Assembly: GCA_963830365.1 (NCBI GenBank)
Contig: CAWHMU010000027.1
Span: 1-64,000 of the forward strand
Length of the DNA stretch: 64,000 bases
Origin: an uncultured Chlamydiae bacterium
Lineage (GTDB): Bacteria > Chlamydiota > Chlamydiia > Chlamydiales > Parachlamydiaceae
Reading direction: 5' to 3'
A model generated the notes under the pieces. The model ran no database searches. It had not been told where the DNA came from and saw only the letters and a list, made by a program, of their open reading frames with translations. Positions 10,986-21,528 of this stretch are shown here, one piece after another (positions within the stretch are counted from its first letter, which is position 1; every line of letters begins with the position of its first letter). The translations under genes and the position numbers were made by a program.

Positions 10986-11019
10986 ATTTCGCTAATCTTT
11001 CCAAAGAGGAGATCTCTCA

Positions 11020-11490
11020 ATGGTCACAGATATGTTTGGAACCCTCCTGCAGGAACTGGGGCAAAGCTTCGGCAATATCCAGCTGCGTCCGGATCAAAAC
11101 AACTCCTGCCTCATCCGCCTAAAAGAAGGCATCAGCATCCAGCTGGAACTCGACCGCGCCTGCCAATTTCTCATCCTCGGCTGCACGCTCGGCACGCTCA
11201 TTCCCGGTAAATACCGCGAAAACATCTTCCACGAAGCCTTAAAAGCCAACGATATGCCCTACCCCCTACACGGCATCCTAGGCTTCAGCCAAAAGACCGG
11301 CAACCTCGCCCTTTTTGAAAAAATCAACGTGCGCGACCTCAACGGCGAAAAAATCGCCGCCGAAATCATCCCCTTCGTAGAAAAAGCCATCGTCTGGTCC
11401 GAAGCCCTTATACGCAACGAAATTCCGGCCATCTCTCAAGCCTATACCTCAGAGCGCGGCGGCGGCGGCATGTTCGGCCTAAAGCCCTAG
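11020..11490 (+). CDS. scc1: CesT/SycE-family T3SS chaperone Scc1
   Basis: 156 aa; PDQNNSCLI, GKYRENIFHEALKAN; directly after copN. Confidence 0.85.
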   Translation: MVTDMFGTLLQELGQSFGNIQLRPDQNNSCLIRLKEGISIQLELDRACQFLILGCTLGTLIPGKYRENIFHEALKANDMPYPLHGILGFSQKTGNLALFEKINVRDLNGEKIAAEIIPFVEKAIVWSEALIRNEIPAISQAYTSERGGGGMFGLKP

Positions 11491-11627
11491 GGATCAGGTA
11501 ATCTCCTGTTCTAGATGATTTAGGCACAAAAGAAATTCAACGCCAAGCGTGACAGTTCCTTAGGTCCCTCTATCGGGAAACAACATGGAATGCAACATAT
11601 TGACGCTAAAAGTTATTTGATAAAAGA

Positions 11628-12325
11628 GGTTCATCCGACAAATGAGGACCTCGACTCGTAAAGATAATAAAGCTGGTTTAAAATATTCCATATTCAAGAA
11701 GTCGTATACTTGTCTTTTCGACGAAGGTTTGCAAGTAGGCTAAAATGTGAGCCCTGTTCACCTTCATAGGAAAACTTTCGGTCACGATGATACTATCTTC
11801 TCTATCCCCTCTCCGTGGTCTCTGTGCCTCTGTGTTTCAAAAAAATCAAACACAGAGGCACAGAGAGCACGGAGCAAGAAATTGACCGGTTGGGTGAACA
11901 ACGCTAAAATGTGCGCTTACCGCGGCAGCGGTCAACAGATTTCAGCCCCGCGTGCAGGCGCTTCCTGCGCCGGAACGTGGGGGTTCGCATAAATTTAAAA
12001 GGCAACCGCGGCAGCGTTGTAAGAGGCCTACAAAGCTCTTACACCGCTGCCGCGGTTTTGATATTATGTGTATTCTGACCCCACGTTCCGGTGCAGGAAG
12101 CGCCTGCACGCGGGGCTGAAATCTGCTGACCGCTACCGCGGTATAAGGCACTATCCAACATCTTAATTTGAGCTACATAAGTACCTTTGCAATTTTCTCA
12201 TACGGGGATTGTAAAGGTTTACTCAAGATCTCAAGCAGTTCACAAAGTTCTGATAATGAAGGTTCATAGAAATCTGAAGACTTAATACCTTTACCTGCTA
12301 AAGGTCCTCATTTGTCGGCTGAACC
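11628..12325. mobile_element. 698-bp TIR element E3, near-identical direct copy of E1
   Basis: Same TIRs (one mismatch in the right TIR), collinear with 2467-3166; flanks ATAAAAGA / ATTAATTG give no target duplication. Confidence 0.92.
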
Positions 12326-12609
12326 ATTAATTGCATGCCTTTTCATCATTTTGGTATTGCCATGATCATATGCTGCAGCGCGTAGGCACCCTATTTTCTC
12401 TAAACCATATTGAGGATGCGCAGGTCCTATCGCCCGCGGCATTAAGAAAAACATCGAGGATACCGGCGGTAAGATGGCATTCACATATGCCTTGGAACAT
12501 AACCATCTCGAGGTGGCCGAACTACTTTCGAAATAAAACTTACTAGATAAATAATTGCCTACCCCATATAGATCATAAACATCCAATTAATCAATATCAG
12601 GATGCCGAT

Positions 12610-15600
12610 ATGACGATGTCTGACTTTTTTGATTGTGCCAATACAAAATACAACAGCGGCAATACTCATCTTTCTTCTTTCGAGAAAGCCTCTTGCACGC
12701 CACGGCTTTATGGATCATGGCAAGGCAGGCATATTTCAGTGCGAAAGCCGGACGAGGAGACAAAATCCCCACATCCTTCATATCAAACATACAGATCAGT
12801 CCCTAACGCAATGTCCATGCAACAATTCAATAGCAGAAGAAGCGAGGTACAAAGACTCAACGACCATCTGCGCATCCTTAATGAAGACAATAACATCCTC
12901 CAAATACAGTCGCTAATCCCATCCATACATCGCGATCGATCCGAAAAAACCATGCGCTGCATCCTCAATGGCATCGATGAACGAACAAACGACAGAAAAG
13001 CATTGATCCAAAAAATTTACGATACTATCTCCCCCCTCGAGGAAAATCAAAGAACAAAAATCCTACATATCGCAGGCTCTATCATAAACGATAACGACTC
13101 GGTAGAAGCCCGTCACTCGATCTTTGCTACCCTGGCCCAAGTTGGCCAAAGACAACTCGACGATAGCTTCTATCTGGCAAACCGGCTCACCTCTAAAATT
13201 TTCTACGGCCACAATGCCGCCAACCGCACTAAATTGATCGGACTGCTGGCCGATATACCCTCCGGCGAAAGGCAGGAATTCTGCGCTCTCGTCTGGCCCT
13301 GCATAGAAAAAATCCAGGATGTCAATCACTGCCATACCATACTGGCACAAACCTTTAGTGCCCTGATACCCTACTCGTCGGCCGACAGAAAAGCCATCTT
13401 ACATATCATGACCCCTTTAATATCCCTCATCGCCGGCACATCGACAACGCTGACAAATGATTATGAAAAACTGTTGACATCGATCCTGGAATTAGGAAAC
13501 TTGGTCTCGACGCAGGACATACAAAAAATCGGCAAATACACCTGGCGTCTGATCACCAAAATCCAGCCAGACAACTCACTGCTGGCCTTGCAGACGGGAA
13601 AACGGCAGGAACAGAGAATCAAAGTTCTAAAAATATTGATGGACATGTCCAATCATGACAGGGAAGTATTTTGCCAAAACGTGTGGCCGCATGTAAGGAA
13701 TTTAGCCGACACCGCACAATGCTCCGGCCTCATCAGTGCGCTCAGTCTAATTCCCCTTAATGAGCTTGATGATGCTATCCACAGCGTCATACCAGGCCTT
13801 GAGACTATCTCTGCCACGCTCTATCCTGCCATGGAATGCATCCCCCTTGAAAAAAGGGCTACCACTTTCAAACACCTGTTTAGCCTGTTGGGAAAAGGCT
13901 CCCACAGGGAACATCTTGATATTTATACACTGCTTGCCTCAATTCCAAGTGAGCAGCGCGCCCGTGTCGTCGAAATTTGCGCCCTGCTAGGCAAATATAT
14001 CCCCTACGGCCTCAACCACCTCTTTGCATACCTGGCGTCCCTTGCGCCGGCGCAACTCCTGCCTGTATGCAAGTTTTCCAAGCAAATCATCGTCAAAAAC
14101 GAATACCGGGATGGCAAAGATTTGGTCGCCGACCTTAAGCTTGTATCTCCATTGCCCAAAGAGCAAAAGCTGCGGCTGGTGTCTGAATCCCCCCAATTGT
14201 TAGAACTGTTCCCCATTCATGAACGTGCTGCCATTTTCAAACATCTGCTTCCCATTTGCACGGCCGACTACCCCTCCAACAATCGGGAAATGATCTATGA
14301 AAGGCTGAAAGCCATCCCTATCGAAAATAGAAGCCGGTACCTGACGTTCGCCATTTCAATGGCCGAAGACATGGGAATGCTGAACAATGGCGACTGCTAT
14401 CTTTCATTTCTATACTCTTTAAAAGCCGTTCCTGATCACCAACTGAATGATGTTTATGCCTACACCAAAGAATTTATCCCGCTATTTAAAGACCCTCAAA
14501 CAATAATCTGTATACTGCTTACTTTCAATGTCTTAAAAAACCACGAAAGAAACGAGTTCGCAGCCCAGGCCCTGGATCTCATCACACACGGCAACCTCCA
14601 AGGCAAAAATAGGGAATACATCCATATGCTATACACCTTGGAAAATATCCCTCAAATAGAACGAACCCCCATCATAACTCTTCTTAAACCACTCATCAGA
14701 CGCCTCCAAAGCCCCAACCTGGTAGCCTCCCTGCTTGAACTGTTCCACTCCCGCCCCGCCAAGCAACGTCCGGCCCTCCTTAAAAGGATCCAGCCCTATC
14801 TTGCCGAAAATAAATTCCGTGAATGCAACTACGATCACCTTCTTAAAATCCTGTCTTCGGCAGCCACTGCTGATATCGATCCACTCATTAAATCGGCTTT
14901 ATCTGTACTAGATAAATTCGATGATGAAAATGAGCGCGATCGCTTCATCAACACATTGACCACGTTTCCCCCTCAACATAGGGAAAAAATGCTTAATATC
15001 TCCCTCTCTTTCCTCAACTGCATCGGAGCCGACCAAAGAAGCGTCAATAACGTGCTTAATTTTGCATTGACTATTCCGCAAGAACATTTGGAAATGTTTC
15101 TAAAAATGGCCAAAGAAACTATCCACCTCTCTATCCGAGAATATATCGTCAATACTGAATTGGACGACCTTCTCAAAATCATCTGCCTCATCCCCCAAGA
15201 AGAGTGGCAGGCTTGCATCGACAGAGGCCGCTGGCAGCAGTGTGTCGATACCGTCAATGCTTTCATGAACTTCCTGGATGCCAATAGAAATAAACCTATC
15301 AAATTCAGTGCCGATACACTCTTAAGCTTCATCGCTCCAAATAAAAAATTAGAAATCATGCGCGCCGTGGCTAATAATCCCGCCATCCATGTTAAAAATA
15401 TCAAAAGCCTGCTCGACTATTTCTTCACCAATGAAAAAATTCGACTGGAATCCCACCAATACCTCTATGAAAAATTCGCGGCCGTCATTACTGACCGCGA
15501 AGCCTCAAAAAAACTTGCCGCCGAGATCCTCAAGTATGCCCAACAACTAAAACTGCACGATGAACACCCCCTTTATCAAAAAGCCCTCGCCGCCAAATAC

Positions 15601-17178
15601 ATCACCGATATGGATTCTAGCCTGCCGAAAAACCCCTATACGCTACACCAAAAACTTCAAAAAATCCGCCAAGAAGAACAACTCCTGCCCTATGGCCCGT
15701 TAGGGAAAATTTTGTTTACCACCGCCCAGGGCAAATTCGCTGCTGCCGTCGCCCTGGATCTGGCAGGCATGCGCAAACGAGCTGAAAAAACAAGCTATAC
15801 TGCTGCCGATCTCCCAGATGACATCCCGGAAGACTGCCTTTTAAAATTCTTTAGCAGCCTGGAAAATCGCTTAGCGGCGCTCGCTAAAGACAAAATGAAA
15901 CAACATGAAAAAAAACTATTGGAAAAAGCCATCTCAGAAATATGCCAAGGTTCCACTCTCAGCGATCTGAAAGACCAAACCATCGGCTTCGGCAAAGAAA
16001 TACCGCGCCTGCTAAAACTTGCAGGCCCCAAGGACCAGCCTATTGACACTACCGTCTTTTATCTCTACGCCATCCTGCATGCTATCATGGCTAAAAGTTC
16101 TCTCCACCAAAGCGACGAACCGCTTTCCCCTCAAGAACTGATGTTCCTCAAATTCTTAAGCCAGGTGCAGCATTGCGATGTCGGTCAACGCGATGCCATC
16201 GCCACCTATTATAACATCCTCAGCCCAGCCCAAAACAGTCAGCCTAAGGCCTCTGTCACCGCCGTAAAAAAAGTCGAGCAGTGCGTGGAACAGGCCATGC
16301 AGGCGGCACTCCATGCAGCCTTTGCCAGTGATGAGGTGCTGGAAGAAATCGCCAAGGGAAAGGTCGGTCAGCAGTCCCACCAGACCCTCTATCTCATGAA
16401 CCGCCTCTATCTGCAAGCCGGCCTTTGCCATACCCCTCAATTCGACCTGCATACAGGCGTACTCGATGACAGCTTTGTGGCTTGTACAGAGACGATTGAC
16501 CTTGCCAAAGGAACGGGCTTAATGGCCGAAAAAGCCTTGCAAATGGTGCTGGCCGGCATCCCGCCACAGAAATTACTGCTGCTGATGAAGACGACCATCG
16601 CCACAGCCATCAAAAATAAAGTCATCAGCCACGACAATTTGACAGAATATTTCGAACAAACCGGCATCAGCCCTGCCAGCGATATCAAATCGACAGACGA
16701 TTGGCTGATCTTACTGCACTATGGTAAGGATAAAGACGGTGAAATCGACTACACCGACTTCCAGGGCATCACCGATCACGCCGCCTTTGAGATACTGAAA
16801 AATATGGGCTATCTCGCCGTCAAGGATGCTGCCGAAATTCAAGCTATCGTACAAAAAAAGCTGAAAAGCCTCATCGACAGCGCCATCCAGACCCCAAGGG
16901 AGGACGGTACCACGCTCACCGATTCACTTGGACAGACCACCGGCAAAAAATCTCATGACAACCGGGCCTTGATGGATCTGCAGCTGCAGCACTGTAAAAA
17001 AGAAGATCTTAAACAAAGCCATATCAATATGGCTGTCAGACTCATCACCAAGGGCATGACGCAAGGTTTGAGAGCCCTTGGCGGCTTCGGCTTAAAAGGT
17101 GACCAGCAGCAGATGCCCAAAGACCTGCAGAAGAAAATCGACCGCCTGCAAGCGCTCACCGCCCTGCTTAAGGCATGA
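12610..17178 (+). CDS. 1522-aa hypothetical alpha-helical repeat protein, candidate T3SS effector
   Basis: Long uninterrupted ORF; Ser/Thr-rich N-terminus; recurring IPxExR helical units. Confidence 0.8.
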   Translation: MTMSDFFDCANTKYNSGNTHLSSFEKASCTPRLYGSWQGRHISVRKPDEETKSPHPSYQTYRSVPNAMSMQQFNSRRSEVQRLNDHLRILNEDNNILQIQSLIPSIHRDRSEKTMRCILNGIDERTNDRKALIQKIYDTISPLEENQRTKILHIAGSIINDNDSVEARHSIFATLAQVGQRQLDDSFYLANRLTSKIFYGHNAANRTKLIGLLADIPSGERQEFCALVWPCIEKIQDVNHCHTILAQTFSALIPYSSADRKAILHIMTPLISLIAGTSTTLTNDYEKLLTSILELGNLVSTQDIQKIGKYTWRLITKIQPDNSLLALQTGKRQEQRIKVLKILMDMSNHDREVFCQNVWPHVRNLADTAQCSGLISALSLIPLNELDDAIHSVIPGLETISATLYPAMECIPLEKRATTFKHLFSLLGKGSHREHLDIYTLLASIPSEQRARVVEICALLGKYIPYGLNHLFAYLASLAPAQLLPVCKFSKQIIVKNEYRDGKDLVADLKLVSPLPKEQKLRLVSESPQLLELFPIHERAAIFKHLLPICTADYPSNNREMIYERLKAIPIENRSRYLTFAISMAEDMGMLNNGDCYLSFLYSLKAVPDHQLNDVYAYTKEFIPLFKDPQTIICILLTFNVLKNHERNEFAAQALDLITHGNLQGKNREYIHMLYTLENIPQIERTPIITLLKPLIRRLQSPNLVASLLELFHSRPAKQRPALLKRIQPYLAENKFRECNYDHLLKILSSAATADIDPLIKSALSVLDKFDDENERDRFINTLTTFPPQHREKMLNISLSFLNCIGADQRSVNNVLNFALTIPQEHLEMFLKMAKETIHLSIREYIVNTELDDLLKIICLIPQEEWQACIDRGRWQQCVDTVNAFMNFLDANRNKPIKFSADTLLSFIAPNKKLEIMRAVANNPAIHVKNIKSLLDYFFTNEKIRLESHQYLYEKFAAVITDREASKKLAAEILKYAQQLKLHDEHPLYQKALAAKYITDMDSSLPKNPYTLHQKLQKIRQEEQLLPYGPLGKILFTTAQGKFAAAVALDLAGMRKRAEKTSYTAADLPDDIPEDCLLKFFSSLENRLAALAKDKMKQHEKKLLEKAISEICQGSTLSDLKDQTIGFGKEIPRLLKLAGPKDQPIDTTVFYLYAILHAIMAKSSLHQSDEPLSPQELMFLKFLSQVQHCDVGQRDAIATYYNILSPAQNSQPKASVTAVKKVEQCVEQAMQAALHAAFASDEVLEEIAKGKVGQQSHQTLYLMNRLYLQAGLCHTPQFDLHTGVLDDSFVACTETIDLAKGTGLMAEKALQMVLAGIPPQKLLLLMKTTIATAIKNKVISHDNLTEYFEQTGISPASDIKSTDDWLILLHYGKDKDGEIDYTDFQGITDHAAFEILKNMGYLAVKDAAEIQAIVQKKLKSLIDSAIQTPREDGTTLTDSLGQTTGKKSHDNRALMDLQLQHCKKEDLKQSHINMAVRLITKGMTQGLRALGGFGLKGDQQQMPKDLQKKIDRLQALTALLKA

Positions 17179-17184
17179 TCGCAT

Positions 17185-18888
17185 TTAGCCAGCGAAGGTG
17201 GCGGTGACTCTTTTCTGGAACCATGCGCTGAAGCGGCTTACCCAAGGATAAGCGTGTTCAAATGCAATGGGAAAGGCTGGCGGGGTGACCGCGTCGCGAT
17301 CATGATCCAAAACGCTTTCAACCGCTTTCACGACAGCGGGAGAATCAATTTTCAGCATCAGCTCATAATCAGCAAAATGGCTTTTGATACTCAAATTATA
17401 GCTGCCAATCCAAGTGTATCGATCGTCGATTGTTAAGACTTTTTTATGATACATGATGTTGGGTACGGCGTATTCGTAAATCTTCACATGCGGCAGCACT
17501 TGGCCTTGCAAGGCCTGCTTTGTATGCAATGAGGTGATTTTATGCCCTACCATCAGAGATAGATAATTGCTGCGGCTGGCTTGCGTGATCATATTACCGA
17601 GAAAAGTGCCTCTTTTGCCACCGCCGGTGACGATTAATTCAATCTCGACACCTCTTTGCACAGCTACCTGTAAGGCTTCTCTGATTTTTTTCACGGGATT
17701 AAAGCATAACTGCGCCAGGCGGATTTTCCTTTGCGCGCGCTGGATTGTCTCTACAATTTGCTCTGTGCAGGCATTTCGGGGGTTTTCTATACAGGAAACG
17801 ACAGCTTGGATTGAGCTGTCTCTTACCAGCCGGGCATGGCCATCCAGCTCAGCAATAGATGCCATAGCGCCCGCATCCTTCAAGGAAAAATAACGCTGCA
17901 CGAGTTGCTCGTCAACACCCATTTCACGCTCCCAGATCGCCAAGAGCTTGAAATATTCGACGCGCAGCGTTGCCGCAAGGGTTCCTGTGACCACAACGTC
18001 CATATCGCGCACTCCACCGGCTAATAGGCGCGATTGTATAGGCAGTGTGGGGTCATCCTCGGGTATTTTATCGCCAGCGCCGCATAGTGATTTTTGCAGA
18101 CCCGAACCACCCGTGATGAAATATTTTCCATCCACAATGAGCAGTTTTACATGGTTGTCGACAGACATTGGCACCGGGGAACATTTGATCTTGGCCTGGC
18201 TGATCAAGAAATGAAAACGCTGCGGAAACTGTGCTTTTAGCGCCGCTAATTTAGCAAGATCAGCTTTTTCTAAAAGATCATCATTTGTCAACAGGTGGAC
18301 TTTTAGCGGCTCTCTTTCACCAAGTCGCTGTCCGATAACGTCTAGCAGATCCCGAAAAACTTTCCCTCCGCAGAAATTGCCGGAAAGTTCGATGGACTGC
18401 TCGGCGTGTCGGATGAGTGTTGTTTTCCATTCGACGCTTTCTTGGCTATCGCGCGTGACTAAAACCGACTGATGCGGGATGGATTGACCTAACGGCGGGG
18501 CCTTTGGGTCGTTGAGGTTTAGGGTGTGGGTGGAAAGTCGAGGTTTCAGGTGTCTCTTTGCTATAAAATCTGCCCCTTTAGCCCCGGCCATGAGACCGAC
18601 TGTGGTTCCTGCAAACGCCCCCGAGGCGAAAGCTCCGGAGATGCCAGCACCTAGCATGAGGGTGGCGCCGATGCCAGCTCCAACCGTGGTTCCTAAGGCG
18701 ATGATCGTAATGGTAGTGGATGCAAGCAATATGGCAAAAGCGATGCGTTCTGCTTTATGGATTGTTGTTTGGGATGGTATGGCCGGATCCATCTCCCCAA
18801 TCCCTAGCGATGGCCCAAGCGATGCTATGGGAACTAGGGATACTGAGGGAAAAGGAATGGGTCTTTGGCTGTTTGCGATATTCATCAT
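17185..18888 (-). CDS. Phospholipase D superfamily protein with N-terminal hydrophobic segment
   Basis: Two HKD motifs: NHVKLLIVDG and YHKKVLTIDD...IGSYN. Confidence 0.9.
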   Translation of the reverse strand: MMNIANSQRPIPFPSVSLVPIASLGPSLGIGEMDPAIPSQTTIHKAERIAFAILLASTTITIIALGTTVGAGIGATLMLGAGISGAFASGAFAGTTVGLMAGAKGADFIAKRHLKPRLSTHTLNLNDPKAPPLGQSIPHQSVLVTRDSQESVEWKTTLIRHAEQSIELSGNFCGGKVFRDLLDVIGQRLGEREPLKVHLLTNDDLLEKADLAKLAALKAQFPQRFHFLISQAKIKCSPVPMSVDNHVKLLIVDGKYFITGGSGLQKSLCGAGDKIPEDDPTLPIQSRLLAGGVRDMDVVVTGTLAATLRVEYFKLLAIWEREMGVDEQLVQRYFSLKDAGAMASIAELDGHARLVRDSSIQAVVSCIENPRNACTEQIVETIQRAQRKIRLAQLCFNPVKKIREALQVAVQRGVEIELIVTGGGKRGTFLGNMITQASRSNYLSLMVGHKITSLHTKQALQGQVLPHVKIYEYAVPNIMYHKKVLTIDDRYTWIGSYNLSIKSHFADYELMLKIDSPAVVKAVESVLDHDRDAVTPPAFPIAFEHAYPWVSRFSAWFQKRVTATFAG

Positions 18889-19010
18889 GCTGCATATGAA
18901 TTATCAAAGCCGTGAATTTAATGAAACTTCATTTTACTTTTCATGCACGGCATGCTGGCCAGGCTTGCCATTTGTGGTCTAAAAAATTGAAAATCTGGTC
19001 TTAGACATGA

Positions 19011-19164
19011 CTTTTCGTTGCGTCTTAGCGGCTTCTCTGCGTCTCTTTGTTGAGACGGATTCGTTGATTGCTGACCAAGTACAATGTTGTAAATTTTCAC
19101 GCAATACCTCATCCAAGAAAATTCAATGCTGAAACGCAGAGGAGCCGCTAAGACGCAACGGAAG
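19011..19164. repeat. Intergenic inverted repeat (~31-bp arms)
   Basis: CTTTTCGTTGCGTCTTAGCGGCTTCTCTGCGT ... ACGCAGAGGAGCCGCTAAGACGCAACGGAAG. Confidence 0.75.
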
Positions 19165-19245
19165 ATAAAAACAAGCCATTGATAGACCCGTTTCATTCGG
19201 ATCCTCTCGCTTAGCCCTAACTCTGGCCGCTGTGAAAACCCCTTC

Positions 19246-21159
19246 TTAAGGCGTAGCCTGGTGCATCATCGTATCCCATAGCTGCTTGAAGCCCGGACAG
19301 GTATGCAACAACTCATCTTTGGTGCCTTCGGCGACTTTGCGCCCCTTTTCCAGATAGACGATTTTATCGACATGTTCGATGGTGGACAGGCGATGGGCGA
19401 TGATGATCTGGGTGACTTGGCCGCGCAATTGACTGACGGCATTTTTAATATAGTTCTCACTGACGCCATCAAGGGAAGAAGTAGCCTCGTCCATCACCAG
19501 GATCGGCGCCTGCTTGATCAGCGCCCGCGCGATGGCCAGCCGCTGCTGCTGCCCGCCGGAAAGGTTTTTACCGCCTTCAGAAACCTCGGTGGCATATTTC
19601 TCTGGCAGATGCTGGATGAATTCATCGGCATGCGCCTGCTTGGACGCCGCCAAGATTGAAGCTTCTGAAAATGAACGTCCAAAAGAGATATTTGCCGCAA
19701 TGGTATCCAGGAAAAGAAAGGGCCTTTGCGGCACAAAAGCGATAGCTTCGCGCAACGACTTTTGGGTAAAGGTACTGATCGACTTGCCACTGATGCGTAT
19801 TTGCCCATGCTGCACTTCGTACAGGCGCGGCAAAAGCTGCACGATCGTCGATTTGCCGGCGCCGGTCGGACCCACCAGGGCCACAGACTCCCCCTGCTTG
19901 ACGGTAAATGACAGGTCTTTAAGCACCCATTCCTCGCCATAGCGGAAGCTTACATTGTCAAATTCGATATCACCGGACTGTTTGAAATCCAACGTATCTT
20001 TGCCATCTTCGATCTGTGGTTTTAAATCCATCACCTCAAACATCCTCTCTGCCGCCGCAATACCGCGCTGGATATGGCTGTTCTCTTCGGCAAACTTCTT
20101 GATGGGCTCATAGAAAATGTAGAGCATGCCGCAGTAGAAAAGCACTTCCGAGACGTTCATCTGCAGCACATATAGTCCGTACAGCAAAGCCGTCGCCAAA
20201 AACATCATGCCGATGGTATGCACGATGGGGCGCGATGACAGGTCATAGCGCGCGCTTCTCTTCTCCAAAGCCGCCATGCGCTGGTTTTTCTCGCGATATT
20301 TATTTAAAGAGAAATCTTCCATGGCAAACATCTTCACCGTCTGGATACCGCCCAAGAAATCCAGCAGCACCGAAGTGAAATGCTCCTGGTTTTTCTGGAT
20401 CTGCTTGGATATGCCTTTGACACGCCGTGCCAGAAAAACAATAGGGATGATCAGCAAAGGGAAACCCAGGAAGATGATCAATGATAGCTGCCAGGAAGTC
20501 AGGAAGCACAATGTCAGCGTCGTGGCAATGGTAAAGGGCGTCTGCAGATAGTTGACCAGACAGGCGTTGACGGCTTCGGCGATCAAGGCGGCATCGCCGA
20601 CGACCCTTGATGACAGGCTGCCCATGTTATGCTGCTGATAAAAGCTCATCGGCAGCGACTGGATATGCTCAAAATACTCCTGCCGCAGATCGCTGCTGAG
20701 GCGTATAGCCACCAGGCGCGTGCTGAAACGATGCGTAAATAGCGTGATGGCCTTAAAAAGGGCTACAATGACCACCATTAAGGCCAGATGCGAGATATTC
20801 CCCATCACATTGAATTGGCGGTCCAGCGTATTCATCGTCGTTTCGATGAAATCTTTATGTCGCCACTTGGCGATAAATTTACCGGCTTCCTCTTTGGTAA
20901 TAAATGACTGTCCTGCCGGGGCGATGGCATGGAAACGCTCTTCCAGCTGCCCTTGGCTGATGACATCCGTCTTGCTAAGCTTCCCATCCTCGATCGGCGC
21001 AAACAACTCGAAGAATTCAGGTCCCTTTTTGGTAATGACGCCGAGCGTAAAGATCTCCAGCTGCGAGGCAAAAGTCAAAAGCAGCATCGCCACCAGCGTT
21101 AACCCTATCAAAAAGCGATGTTTCTGCTTATAAAAAGCAATCCGGAAAAGACGTTTCAT
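19246..21159 (-). CDS. msbA: ABC transporter permease/ATPase, MsbA-like lipid A flippase
   Basis: TM domain plus GPTGAGKST, LSGGQQQR, DEATSSLD; adjacent to accA as in Chlamydia. Confidence 0.8.
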   Translation of the reverse strand: MKRLFRIAFYKQKHRFLIGLTLVAMLLLTFASQLEIFTLGVITKKGPEFFELFAPIEDGKLSKTDVISQGQLEERFHAIAPAGQSFITKEEAGKFIAKWRHKDFIETTMNTLDRQFNVMGNISHLALMVVIVALFKAITLFTHRFSTRLVAIRLSSDLRQEYFEHIQSLPMSFYQQHNMGSLSSRVVGDAALIAEAVNACLVNYLQTPFTIATTLTLCFLTSWQLSLIIFLGFPLLIIPIVFLARRVKGISKQIQKNQEHFTSVLLDFLGGIQTVKMFAMEDFSLNKYREKNQRMAALEKRSARYDLSSRPIVHTIGMMFLATALLYGLYVLQMNVSEVLFYCGMLYIFYEPIKKFAEENSHIQRGIAAAERMFEVMDLKPQIEDGKDTLDFKQSGDIEFDNVSFRYGEEWVLKDLSFTVKQGESVALVGPTGAGKSTIVQLLPRLYEVQHGQIRISGKSISTFTQKSLREAIAFVPQRPFLFLDTIAANISFGRSFSEASILAASKQAHADEFIQHLPEKYATEVSEGGKNLSGGQQQRLAIARALIKQAPILVMDEATSSLDGVSENYIKNAVSQLRGQVTQIIIAHRLSTIEHVDKIVYLEKGRKVAEGTKDELLHTCPGFKQLWDTMMHQATP

Positions 21160-21197
21160 AAAACCCTAACAACCAATATTTTAATTATAAATAAGAA

Positions 21198-21528
21198 TTT
21201 CACCGCCGAGGCACAGACACACAAGAACTATAGAGAAACACGCCGCAAAAATTTCACCACAGAGCACAGAGACACAGAGACACAAGCCGCAACATAAAGG
21301 AACAGGATGGCAGAATAGACAGGATAAACACAATAGAGGAGAACTAAAGCCTCGACCTGGGCCATGATCTATCCCTCGCATTGCTTAGACAATCCGAGGG
21401 CATACCTCACAGTGACAGCGTCATGGCTTTGCGTTGAATTTCTTTTGCTGCTTGCTTCTCGGTGTCTCTGTGTCTCTGTGGTTGATAATCGCTGCTAGTT
21501 CCTCTTAATTCTCCGAGTCTCTGTGGTT
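21198..21528. repeat. Mosaic palindromic intergenic repeat (CACAGAG module + CCTCGGATTGC..GCAATCCGAGG module)
   Basis: Shares modules with 28583-28950, 30003-30455, 52473-52767 and 57212-57593. Confidence 0.75.

Noticed and set aside
2467..12325. Composite transposon carrying the T3SS operon
   Set aside because: E1 has its own 8-bp duplication and the outer flanks (AAAATTCT vs ATTAATTG) do not match; the enclosed genes are in normal chlamydial order
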